Origin: Octopus bimaculoides
Lineage: Eukaryota
Length of the DNA stretch: 33,988 nucleotides
NCBI RefSeq assembly: GCF_001194135.2
Contig: NC_068984.1
Location: forward strand, 92,218,883-92,252,870
Direction: 5' to 3'
Below the pieces are notes generated by a model. It had not been told where the DNA came from and made no database searches. It saw only the letters and a list, made by a program, of their open reading frames with translations. This document shows, one piece after another, positions 10,171-21,229 of this stretch (position 1 is the first letter of the stretch; each line of letters opens with the position of its first letter). The translations under genes and the position numbers were made by a program.

Positions 10171-11249
10171 CGGCGAAGTAGAAAAAGTAGGGGATACGAG
10201 AAACTGGAAGAGGGGGTGCAAACATTATAAAAAGAGCAGGATACAGAAACTATAACCCCCAGCTCTGATGATGATAAATAAAAAAATACACTTTATGTCC
10301 AACACCAAAAATTAAAAAAAAAACTCACCTCATCTTTAGCGCTGGAAGCTAACAACTATGAGGAAAGTTTTCCCTATACAATAGCATCATCCTACGTCTT
10401 GCGATGATGAGGAACAAATGTGGCTGCTGCCAAAACTGATAAGTGCAAAAATGGAAAAATTTAATTCAAACTAAAGGTTCCGAGAGCATTCAGAGAGAGT
10501 CCATTGCTAATCAGATGACAAATTCTACACAGCCGTTGAGATAACAGCTGAAATCGACATGGTTCTACTTAACGACGAGGAGGAACACAATGAAGAACTT
10601 GTGCCAACTTGAAGAGACACAGAAACGGAAGGTAGACAGAGCTGCAAAGTGCTCTGCTACAACGTAAAAGTTGGTTTCCCACTCAATTCACTGCAAATAT
10701 TATATTGATTATATCTTATCTTATTTGCTCTGTTTGTTTAAAAGATATAGTTATTCCCTATCTAATATATATCAATTTTGAATGTCTCAAAGTCATGTAC
10801 CCTTCCTTGTTTTTATACAATTGTTTGTCGTAGCCTACGCTTCTTGGCACGCGATATTTTATGAGTGAATGATTAGTGGAATTGTCCTTCACAACAAGGG
10901 AAGACGTGATAGGGCAGAGCAGATAATTTTCCTCTCATCGGTGGTTTTGATGAAAGTGATTATGTAGTGTGTGAAGTTGGAAAAAGATAAGGGCAGCTCG
11001 TTTCTTCTTCAGTCAAGCCTGAATCGATTTTTTCATATTCCATTGGGAAAGAAATGTGAGAGTAAAGGAGGAAATGCTCACTTCAGGTGAATTTGTGAAA
11101 AGGTGGATAACTATTATGAAATGCGCCCGTACATCAGAGAACGACAGATAGAAGGCAGTTGCCGTAGTAGTCAGGTTGATCTGGTATCTATAGGGTCTTT
11201 GATTATCCCTCGATCCATGTGTTCATGTCTATACATACGATATATAGGC

Positions 11250-11902
11250 TTTATTTTATTCCCGTTTTACCCCTCACCAAAATTTATGTAAACCCCATAG
11301 TATAGATAACTTTTGTAATGTCCCCTTCGTTTCTATGACAAATAAAATATTATCATTATCTGTTACAATCACTTGTCACATTGAGATATTGACATTTTCC
11401 TTTTCTTGGTTCAATTTCCATCGATCAACCTTTTTAAGGTTGCAAATAATGTCGCTATCGTTCTTCTGTAAGCTTACCTTTATTCTGTCGTGGATTGCCT
11501 TTTGTTCATTTGTCATGTCACCATTAGTTTTATTGTCTTCTTTTAGATCATCTATATGTCTCTCATCAAATAAACTACCACTGCTCTTTTCCTGTGCTAT
11601 AGTATTACTCTTATTATTAGTAAGAACTCTATTTTCATTGTTATCTCTGCTGCTATTTTCCATGACCCGTCTTTTGAAAGCTTCAAGCTCTACTTTTGTG
11701 AACCAACAATTTTTTCTTATTGCTCTGGCTTGATCACATAGTCTCTGTTCCATGAGTTGAAACAATCCCTTTTCTCTCCGATGATGATACATACGTTGTC
11801 GGTAACCCCTAATTTGAGCACCATTTTCATCTACTGGGCTGCTCAGGTAGTAACACTCCATGACCACAGCATTAATTTGTTTGCTCCATCTACGCTGTGT
11901 AT
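11250..11902 (-). mobile_element. N-terminal ORF fragment of an R4/Dong-type element
   Basis: RWSKQINAVVMECYYLSSPVDENGAQIRGYRQRM...EQRLCDQARAIRKNCWFTKVELE, the N-terminal motif block of R4/Dong ORFs. No RT follows it. Confidence 0.78.
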
Positions 11903-12042
11903 NNNNNNNNNNNNNNNNNNNNNNNNNNNNNNNNNNNNNNNNNNNNNNNNNNNNNNNNNNNNNNNNNNNNNNNNNNNNNNNNNNNNNNNNNNNNNNNNNN
12001 NNNNNNNNNNNNNNNNNNNNNNNNNNNNNNNNNNNNNNNNNT

Positions 12043-12095
12043 CTTCGGCATATTTCTCGAACTTGGATGTTAGTGCTCCGAGTACCTCTGCAGCT
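12043..12095 (-). mobile_element. Short REL-end fragment of another Dong-like copy running into an N-gap
   Basis: The minus frame reads EVLGALTSKFEKYAE, resembling the V(I/V)GALG..KF.KY motif. Confidence 0.5.
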
Positions 12096-12993
12096 GCTAC
12101 TACTACTACTATCATCATTATTATTGTTGTTGTTATTCGATATTCAATAGTTTCAGGCAGATTTATATTGCATCAATTGCCACACATCAGAGTTGCTGAA
12201 ATGCGTGCAGCATTGTGCGTTATTTTTTGTTGAGGGGGTGGAGAAAAAACTTTTCCCGGTATTGTATTGCATCCGCTTGTTTTGTTATGAGGTCTGGTTG
12301 CAGTTTTTTGTTGTCTTAGTGTTTGTAGTGTGTTGCGTGTGCAATGCGAGTTGTGTTCTTCTGTTGGGTATCCGATTTATAAAGTACAGTTGTGGGATTA
12401 TTTATTTTGTTGGATATTTACTATACAGAGTGTGTCATGTGTTTGTGAATTGTTTTATTTGGGTTGCATTATTAAATTGATAGTGTCTTGTGTAGGATGT
12501 AGGCTGTTTCTAATAGGGCTATTTTTGGATAGTGTATAGTATTCAGGGTCCAGATACAGCTTCTACGTTTTTATTTATACGTTTTTTTATCATAAGTAAT
12601 GCTCCAATTAACACTGGTATTGTTTTCACCTTTATGCCCAAATCTTGAATACTTCTATTTCAAGGTCTTTACTTTTTTCCACTTCTTTTTGGAAAATATT
12701 TTGGTCCGAAGGGACTGCAATGTCTACCAGTAAGTAGGTGTTTTTTTTTTGTTATCCAATTCTTGATTGTTATGTCTGAACGACTAGCTTTTATTTTTTC
12801 GTCAGTTTAAACTGTCATATTCAAGATAAGTGTGACCTGGTCGTTGTTTTGTAACCTGTTTGGTACATTTTATACCATTTCATGTTAGTTTTATGTTGTA
12901 GTGTTAGCATATTGTCCAGTGGATATGATTACTTATTCGGACATGTCTGAATGTGTGTACATACATATATATATATATATAGATATGTATATA

Positions 12994-13397
12994 TATAACT
13001 GTATAATAATATATCATCATAATAATATATATCCTCCGATTTGAAGCGACAACTTATAAATACAAACAATCGAAAAGTGATGAGCTAACCCTTGTCAGAA
13101 TCGAACACACAAATCAACGCTAACATGGCTCCTTGCGCATCTGATTGGGCCAAACGCTCACCCATCAATTTCAGCCAAATTTAATGAATATATACTTAGA
13201 CAGTATAAGTATATATTCATTCAATTTGGATACGCAAGGAGCCATTTTAGCGTTGATTTGTGGGTTCGATTCTAGCCAGGGTTAGCTCATCATTTTCCGG
13301 TCATTTTTTATATTTAAAAAATGTCGCTTTAAATCGGAGAATATACATTATTATGATATATTTTTATATAATTATGATATATTTTTATACAGTTATA
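12994..13397. mobile_element. ~400-bp foldback (near-fully palindromic) MITE, TA-flanked
   Basis: Arms pair along their length, e.g. TATAACTGTATA / TATACAGTTATA, CTCCGATTTGAAGCGACA / TGTCGCTTTAAATCGGAG, TGAGCTAACC / GGTTAGCTCA and GAATATATACTTA / TAAGTATATATTC. The loop is about 7 nt (13199-13205). Confidence 0.9.
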
Positions 13398-13511
13398 AGA
13401 CGGCGAGCTGGCAGAATCGTAAGCACGCCGGGCGAAATGCTTAGTGGTATTTCGTCTGCCGCTAAGTTGTTAGCTCAAATTCCGCCGAGGTCAACTTTGC
13501 TTTTCATCCTT
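13398..13511 (+). mobile_element. Family A SINE 5' half, truncated by an N-gap
   Basis: GACGGCGAGCTGGCAGAATCGTAAGCACGCCGGGCGAAATGC...CAAATTCCGCCGAGGTCAACTTTGCTTTTCATCC. Confidence 0.88.
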
Positions 13512-14646
13512 NNNNNNNNNNNNNNNNNNNNNNNNNNNNNNNNNNNNNNNNNNNNNNNNNNNNNNNNNNNNNNNNNNNNNNNNNNNNNNNNNNNNNNNNN
13601 NNNNNNNNNNNTTTTTTTTTTTTTCTTTAGTATGTTTTGTAGTTCTGTTTTCATATTGCTTTTACTCTCTTTGGCTCTTTCTGCTATGCTGTCATCTAAG
13701 ATTAGTGTGCCAATGTAGTTAGTTTCTGTTTTAAGCTTTGTCCCCTCCTTGTGTATAGATAAAAGCGTTTTCTTTTCTATGTGTTGCTTTATTACCTGTA
13801 GTAGTCTTCCGCTTTTTGTTTTTAAGTACTTTTCTAGTCCTGTTGTTGTTTTACAGTAGTTGTCTATCTGTGTTAGGCCACGACCGCTTTCTGAGCAGCG
13901 TAGATATATTCGGTCTGTGTCTGCTTTGGGGTGGTGACTTCGGTATGCTGTTAATAGTTTTCTGTTTTTTCTATATAAGTTTATCAATTCATTGAACTTC
14001 CAGTTTATTATATTGAAGTTGTAATTTATGACTGGTATGGCTAACGTATTATCTTATTTTTAGCATTAAGCTCAGTATTTTCTTTAATATTCTGTCTTAA
14101 TTTTCTCTTTCATTTCTGTGTCTTGTATTTTAGCTATTTCGTCTATTCTTAGATATTTGTATGAGCGATTGTGGTCTAATTCTCTGATTTCTGTGTCAAT
14201 GTCGAGTGCAGTATTTTCAGCACTGATTAATTTGCTTTTTCGCAGTGTCACTTTGGCACATGTGTCCAACTTCATGTTCATCCTGATGTTTTGTTGAAAC
14301 TATCGACATTTTTTAGGTGGTTTTTCTGGTATTTTTAGTGAAATGTTTTAAGTCATGTATGTATAGGAGATGATTTATTGTTTGTCCTTAAGATCTGTTA
14401 CCCATGGTGGTTTAATTTTAAAAGTTTATTAGTGGAGTCAGAACAAGGCAGAAAAGCAAGAGTGACAACGAGTCTCCTTGGAAAATTTCACTTCTCATGG
14501 ATATAGATTCATTTTTCAGTGATTTACTGGTTTTCCAGTTTGCCATTGTATGCTTGATATATTTTAGTAGTTTTAGAGCTACTTTATCTGTCTGGAGAGA
14601 CTCCAATGTCCATGAATGTGGAACACCGTCTAATACTTTCTGGTAA

Positions 14647-16910
14647 AACAAGTCTGCATTTTTAAATGTAGTGAATGGATATTTGTTTACTTCTAGGTAA
14701 TTCTGAAACATTTTAATGCTGATTTCAAATGTTTTTAGTTTTTGCCTATCACGTACAAATTTCGCAGAAATAGTTGTCATATATATGATAATTTTTCTTG
14801 TCATTAATTCCGTTTTGTGGCAGACTTTGAGATAAAAGTATGATGAAATTAAGAACAAATAGCTAGAATAATAAAAGAACTGATATGAATAATCTATGTA
14901 GGCCTATATATTGACTAAATATATATTTTTTAATGCATTTACCATGGCTACTTTAAAGTAATTTTACTCCTTTTCAAGCATCCTTTTCTTTTATTTCCTT
15001 CCAACTTTTGGCAGTTGCTTGCAACCTTTCTTTAAGGTTCAGCAGTAATCTGCCATCATGTTCACATTCCACCTCCCCTGGTACCTTCGCTCCATTTCTT
15101 TAATGTCCTGGTGAAATCTCTCCCCGTGCTCTTCACTTAGATTGCCGAGAAATAGTCGAGGTGTGAGTGAAGAAAGTTTGTTTTATCGCTCATGGTACAC
15201 CCAAGATTTTTAAAGTTTTGCAACATGATATCAACTGTCACTTTATAATTTGAACACTTATTGTTTCCCAAAAAGTTCTCGACAACACGCTTGAAGCTCA
15301 CCCATACCTGCTTTTGAGTTTCATTGATGGATTTCTCATAATCTGGGTTTTTCATTAGTTTACGTATGTCAGGACCAACAAATATTCCCGCTTCTATTTT
15401 CTCACTGGTTATATTTGGGTATTTTCTTCATTTTTTTAGTGACACTGCAAACATGGTCCAACTGCAGGCAAAGATTTAACGAACTGTTTCATCAAACTCA
15501 GTTTGATGTGCAAAGGTAGTAGAGTAGCAGTACTTTTGTAGGTTCAATCAAGGACTCGTGCAGAATGTTTTTGGGTTCCTGTAACAAACTTTTCATATTG
15601 TGACCAGTTTTTAACCATCTAGTGCTTTTCTTTCGCACTGCTGTCCCATTCACATAAGCAACATAGCATTTTTGTGTAGCCTGCCTTTTGGCCTACAAGC
15701 TTGTCTATAATTTTGAAATCTCCTCACACTTGCCAGTGGTGTTCTGCATACTTTATATTAACAAAAATTTTTTTACATTTTCATACGTGTCTTTTAGTTG
15801 TAGCAAGACAGCCATCAAACTCCTTTTAGAGGAATCAATGAATAGCCTCCATTCTGAGGGATTGCTCTTGATCTCAAAATAGTTTAGCAGGTTTGGAATA
15901 TTACAGCAAAACACCATTGATTCATCCTCAGCGAAGAATGGTAACAACTTGAGTTCCCTGTAACGATACCAAGAGAAGAAGGTTCTCGGTAACAAAAGCT
16001 TTTTCATTTTTAGCCTAGAACCAAGAAGTTCCGCTGCATCCTTTGGTAGGTTCAAATTTATCACCAAATCATTGAGCTCTTCCTGTGTAAATAACTGCAG
16101 ATATTCAATTTCGACAGGAGTGTAGTCATCACCTTCTTCTTCTTCACATTTGTCTTCACCACTACCTGATGTGACATTCTCCAAAACAAGTGGTGGGAGA
16201 GGAGCTGGAATGTCAACTCTATGTGCAATAGGCCGTATAGCCGAGGAAATACACTATCTTATGCTTATTGTTTGCACTGTACCCATCAACTTTAGCAATG
16301 CAGACATAACAATCGTCAGCGTAGTTACTTGGCTCTCGCCACACGATTGGTATTCCAAAGGGCATTTCTGTTTTCTTACAGGCTTTTCAGAGTCTCAGCC
16401 CCTCCACACAAATGTGACAGCACAATAAGCGAAGTATAGATTTTTTTACATGGTCAGTTATATTTTGTCTCTACTTAATGATAACATATTTCTGGATTGT
16501 TCATGCACTTACATCTATATGCACTCATTTTAAATGGAGTTTATACATAAATATCACCAACGACTGACCTGGAACTACTAAAACAGCACTAAAGCATCAG
16601 TTAGTAATCGTATACACAGCTTTTCTAGGTCACGTCGTCTGTCAGAGTTGTCAACGACTGTTTAATAAACTTTATATTGGTTGCCATTTTACTTTTACTA
16701 ATGTTAGGTCAGTATTAGTTTATAGCAATCTATTTTATTGAGCAAAATAAATCAGATAATCACTGTCATCTGATTCTCTGATACCATAATACAGAAAAAA
16801 TAAAGTTTTATTACAGAAAAATGTGATGGAGAAAAACTAATAACAGATCTGAAATCAGTGTTAAAAGTTGCTTTAAAAAGTTATGTTGACATTTATCATG
16901 CAGACCTGTG
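14647..16910 (-). mobile_element. Chapaev3-like (CMC superfamily) DNA transposon, both ends present, decayed transposase, 3-bp TSD TAA
   Basis: Minus-strand motifs: MPFGIPIVWREPSNYADDCYVC, FTQEELNDLV, WRLFIDSSKRSL, NFLHSHLDYF and SEEHGERFHQDIKEMERRYQGRWNVNMMADYC. TIRs: AACAAGTCTGCAT...TGCTGATTTCAAATG on the left versus the reverse complement CACAGGTCTGCAT...ACTGATTTCAGATC on the right. TAA occurs at 14644-46 and 16911-13. The family name rests on recalled motifs plus CAC termini and a TWA TSD. Confidence 0.8.
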
Positions 16911-17481
16911 TAATCAATCCAAGTCATGTTGAGGTTTGTCTTTCTCTTCTTACAGTCTTCTAAAATGGCTCGATTTACTGGAAGTTGCTCCTTACAACCA
17001 TATATCCCCTCCGGCTCCCATTTGTTCTTCTAGTAAAACATTGTTGGTTTCCAGGTGTATTAAAGGCCGGTTATAGATGGCTGATGTGAGGATGTTGTAG
17101 GTCGTTGATAGGTATGTTATTTTCCTATAATGTTGTGGGAGTATGATGTCTTTATTTTTGGAAATTAGGATGGTTTATCCTTCCAATATCCAGTTTGGTG
17201 TTGATTCTGGCTTACATATTAATAAATTAAATATTGCTGCTATGTGAGTATGGCTAGTGAGGAGGCGTTTCAGCCAGAAGTTGGAGACCTTGTTTTCCTT
17301 GGAGTTTTTCAGTTACTGGTAGTCCTCAGTGTATCCGTGATCTCTTGGCTAGTGATGGTGGGCTATATGTGCGGTGCTATTTTGCTCTTCCTTTTCATTT
17401 CCCTATTTATCCATTGAGCATTTTTATTATGTTGTTGTTGTTTGCTCCACATTCCTTCTCAGTATGATTGAATCTCTGGTG

Positions 17482-17515
<34 letters not shown>

Positions 17516-17556
17516 CTATTATTATTATTATTGTTGTTGTTGTTGTTGTTGATGAT
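17482..17556. repeat. (TAT)n(TGT)n microsatellite upstream of the VWA exon acceptor
   Basis: Directly visible. It mirrors the tract at 1251-1343 upstream of the paralogous exon. Confidence 0.97.
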
Positions 17557-17581
17557 GTTAAGAATTTTTTTCTTTATCCAG

Positions 17582-18014
17582 GTAAGAATAGGAGTTTTAT
17601 CATTCAGTGATAAGGTAGAAATAGATTTTAACCTGAACGAATCTACTGACAAATCTAGTATTCTACAGAAAGTCAGTCGAATTCGACAACTCACAGGAAG
17701 CACTTATACATGGCTGGCGTTAAGAGAATTGGTTAATATGTTTAAGCAAAGAAATGGTGCTCGACCGTTTGTTACACATCTCGCCATCATTCTGACTGAT
17801 GGAAATTCCCAGAATCCACATGCCACTTCGGCAGCAGCACACGTGGTTCATCAAGCTAATATCAAAGTCTTTGCGTTGGCCATTGGAGAATATATAAAAG
17901 TAAAAGAGATTCGTGACATTGCAAGTTCTCCAGAGAGAATATTCTTTAAAAAAACAGCATCTTTCAGTGAACTGAAAAGCATAAGAGAAAGCTTCTTAAC
18001 CACAACTTGTAAAG
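17582..18014 (+). CDS. Internal exon: C-terminal part of VWA domain (phase 0 to 1), paralog of exon 1362-1797
   Basis: Acceptor tttttttctttatccAG (17580-81) and donor AAG|GTAAGA (18015). Reads VRIGVLSFSDK...GSTYTWLAL...LAIILTDGNS...IKVFALAIG...TCK. It completes the VWA domain begun in exon 8531-8679. Confidence 0.93.
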
Positions 18015-18925
18015 GTAAGATACAAGAATATATTCTTTCCCAATAGTTCAGACAAACATCTCATATAATTATTTTCTACTGTTTGCCATGTTCTTTTAAA
18101 TCATTGATTACTTCTCTCAACTAATAGAGTTGTAAAAAAATCATTATTTGGTGAAAAAAGTTGATTTATTCTATAGATGATGCAAATCTCAATATATTTT
18201 TTAAAATTAATTTTTGTCATCTTAGCCATATTTTTGAATAAATCACAGAAATTTTGTTCAAACTGACCCATTGAAAGATATATATCTCAGAAACGTAATT
18301 AATGTTGTAAAAGGAAAGTTTAAAGTACGTGGTGTGAAATAAATATATCGATTCAAGACTTATCTCCTTCCAATACTTTCAAATGCATCCGATTTTTTGA
18401 GCCAATGAAGGTTTTAAGTGGTTATTTGCTCCTGAAAATTACATCCTATCGTCTTAAAAATGAACATGCTGGATAATGTGGTCCCAGATTGTTTGCTCAT
18501 ATTAAAAATAAGGATGGTCGCGGCTGGAATGTCTTAGATCCCAGGTTTGCTCGATCAGGATAGACCTGAAGGCTAGTTAACAACTGAATTTTAGCTTGCG
18601 TTCCATCTCTTTGGATTTGGTAAAATGAATAGAACTTGGTGAAAATGTTGAAAATATACCTTGAAATACTATTTTAATTCTTTTTAGATTGTTCATCCAA
18701 CATATTGCGTGTTGAGGTGTGATATATTTTAAGATTATATTTCTACATCAGCACTGTGTGTATTATTCATTATTTTGAGTCAATGTAGAATAGATAAACT
18801 TTCAAACATTTTTTAAAAGACGGCAATATGTGATAGCCGTGCGAAATTTCTTCTTCTAGATAACTTTATAACAAATTTCAACAATGTTTTTTTTTTTTTA
18901 ATCACCTATTTTAAAACGTTTTCAG

Positions 18926-18976
18926 TTGTTAATGAAATACCTCCTTTACCAAGCTTCCGAATTTCAACCACTGAAG
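18926..18976 (+). CDS. Probable 51-nt symmetric linker exon (phase 1-1), (V)VNEIPPLPSFRISTTE
   Basis: Acceptor aaacgttttcAG and donor AAG|GTAAAG. It is in frame between the flanking exons and Pro/Ser/Thr-rich, like an inter-domain linker. Confidence 0.65.
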
Positions 18977-21229
18977 GTAAAGTTCAAATATACAATATCT
19001 TAATTAATAAATGATATATTCGATTCTGTAAAACGTCTTCCACGCTACATTTGAATTATGCTCGTTAACTTACGTTCAGTGGGACGGATAAGTTTATGCG
19101 GAAATATTGAAAGACTTAAAAAGATCGGACCTGGCAAAGCAAGGTCTTATATCGGGAAAGTAAGAGTAAAACCGTTCACATTATTATTACAAAGAGGCAG
19201 AAACACATTTTCAGGTCAGATTTCCAAGTGTCAGTAAAAACTTTAGTCGATCAACTACCCGTAATTCTCTGACAATTGAACAGTCAAGTGAAAAAATTTC
19301 CTTTTCCACCATGTGGATGCATGTTCAATCCAAATAGGGGAACCGTTCCTTTTAATACAGTCTCGAGTTAATTAATAACATGAGTGGAACTTGATAAACG
19401 AAAATTGGGCAGAAGGAATTGTCGCGTGCGTGTGAGTGTCTATTGTTGAAATGCAGACAGTTACTAGCCATTCTTGCCATCAGAATTTTAATTAACCAGT
19501 AATTGCTTAACTGAATACTTGAAAAGTTTGTAACTAACGACACAATTGTTTACCACAAAGAAAAATATATAAGGACTTTGCATGAAGAATCCCAACAGAC
19601 GCTAAGTGCTAATTGTGAAAATTACTAAATGCTTAAGTAATAACCCATGCAAACTATCGCCAGAACAGCTTTATTAACTACCACGATTGGATTATTGCAA
19701 AAAATAGATACTCAAATGATGAAAATGACAATGCAGTAAATGTGGTCCATGAATCTACAATGGCTCCGTTTTATCCACAGGATATTTACAATGAAAATGG
19801 ACCAAAGTCACCAGTGTTGACCATATCGAAATTTGGGCAGTCTAATCTGAGATTCGACGAGTGAATTAAGATTTAATCCTGTCAAATGCCAAGCCTCCTG
19901 TTACCATTGTAAAAAGTTCATGGAGAGTAACACATTTACTTTAAATAACTAAAAAATAAACCGGTTCCCAAAGCCTTCGAAAATGTTAGTTGCCAGCAAT
20001 AGGCTATGGTGATGTGGATAGACTATTGAGTGAATGCAAAGCACAAAATAACAGTGGCGCGGAACCGAGAGAACTTGAAAATGATCATCCACACCTTATT
20101 GTTCTCTACCAAAAAACACATAATCCATAGAAGTTTAGCAGACAAATGTGCTGTTATTAACTGTGGTAACGTATTAGAATTGTTACATCTTTACTACACG
20201 TATTGTTTTGCTAGGAGTAAAACTGAAAAGCAAGTGTAATATGCAGTAGACCTCACTTATTGTCCAAAACATAAACATCGATATCACGATTGAGAAGATT
20301 TTAGTGTTGAAGTTATACCATTATCGTTGAACAAGTTGTAATACACTTCAAATTCATCACTATAGAAAATTTTAATCTTATGCAATACATTCTATTGAAG
20401 GAAGCGTTCACTCTGAGTTAATCCTAAATGTATTCAGGAAGTGAAACATGACAAAATTGAAGGTGAAATAATAAAATTGTAATGTAAGAGAATGCTGCAA
20501 AGTGTAACAAGGAACTCTTGTAAATACACTGAGGTAAAAGCAGTAAGAGAACCATTATCTCATATAGCAAAAGCATTACTTGACAAATGATGAAGGCCCA
20601 AAATAGTGCAACATTGAATTATATANNNNNNNNNNNNNNNNNNNNNNNNNNNNNNNNNNNNNNNNNNNNNNNNNNNNNNGAATTAGTTGTTTTGAAAATA
20701 ATGATGTCAGATATAAATAGTTTCAGCAAATAACTTGAGATATTATAACAACAATTAAGTAAACTTTTATTAACTGCAGAAACGAAAAAATACATTGGAA
20801 ATGCTCTGAAACTTTTGCTTTAGTAGCTTCAACACTGATGCATCAGTTGACTCAGTCTATTCTATCAACTTGTTGCATTTCATTATGGAGTTGTTTTGGA
20901 TTTCCTAGATGTAGAAAAGACAATCTATATAAATTTTGTCACGAATCATAGGCATCGATAAGGTACAGCTGATATTATTGAAACTGTTTACAAGAACAAT
21001 CTTCATGGCGTTCTACCAGTCTTCAAAAAAAGTTACTGGTATATTACTAACCATTTCCGCTACTTTGTGTCTTGCAGAGCACTCCAAGTAACGCTTCTAA
21101 GTGCTGTGGTAGACTAACCACTATACTGAAACTGACTGGCTGATGATAATCTACATACAGCTCTAACTCATACAGTAGTAGTCGTACTCTACACAGAAGA
21201 GTACGCTGGGTAAGGAGAGGTTGTTATTA

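Larger units (their letters stand above)
12100..17481 (-). mobile_element. 5'-truncated R4/Dong-type LINE in three segments (17481-16911, 14646-13611, ~12950-12100) interrupted by nested insertions
   Basis: Colinear motifs: NFWLKRL, PQHYRKITYLSTTYNIL, NLNMTWIDY|QKVLDGVPHSW, IFQGDSLSLLLF, INHLLYIHDLK, YKYL, HHPKADTDRIYL, IHWTIC, LLVDIAVPSD, KDLEIE, IQKIALL. These are followed by a 3' UTR and an (AAT)n-like tail at 12135-12100. The 5' end abuts the (TAT)n tract at 17482. Confidence 0.88.

Noticed and set aside
18688-18722. Candidate exon (D)CSSNILRVE with tttttAG acceptor
   Set aside because: The donor GTGTGA is weak and gives phase 0, incompatible with the next exon. Read-through hits TGA at once. 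There is no support without RNA data.
19080-19236. ~50-codon open frame after ttcAG
   Set aside because: No recognisable motif and weak splice context. It is compatible with chance.
19300-20600. Possible old transposon fossil in the intron
   Set aside because: No motif, TIR or TSD could be recognised by eye.
20970-21010. ~35-bp similarity to 23040-23075 (TTATTGAAACTGTTTA.AAGAACA)
   Set aside because: Short and AT-rich. It is probably a remnant of a common SINE body and adds nothing separately.
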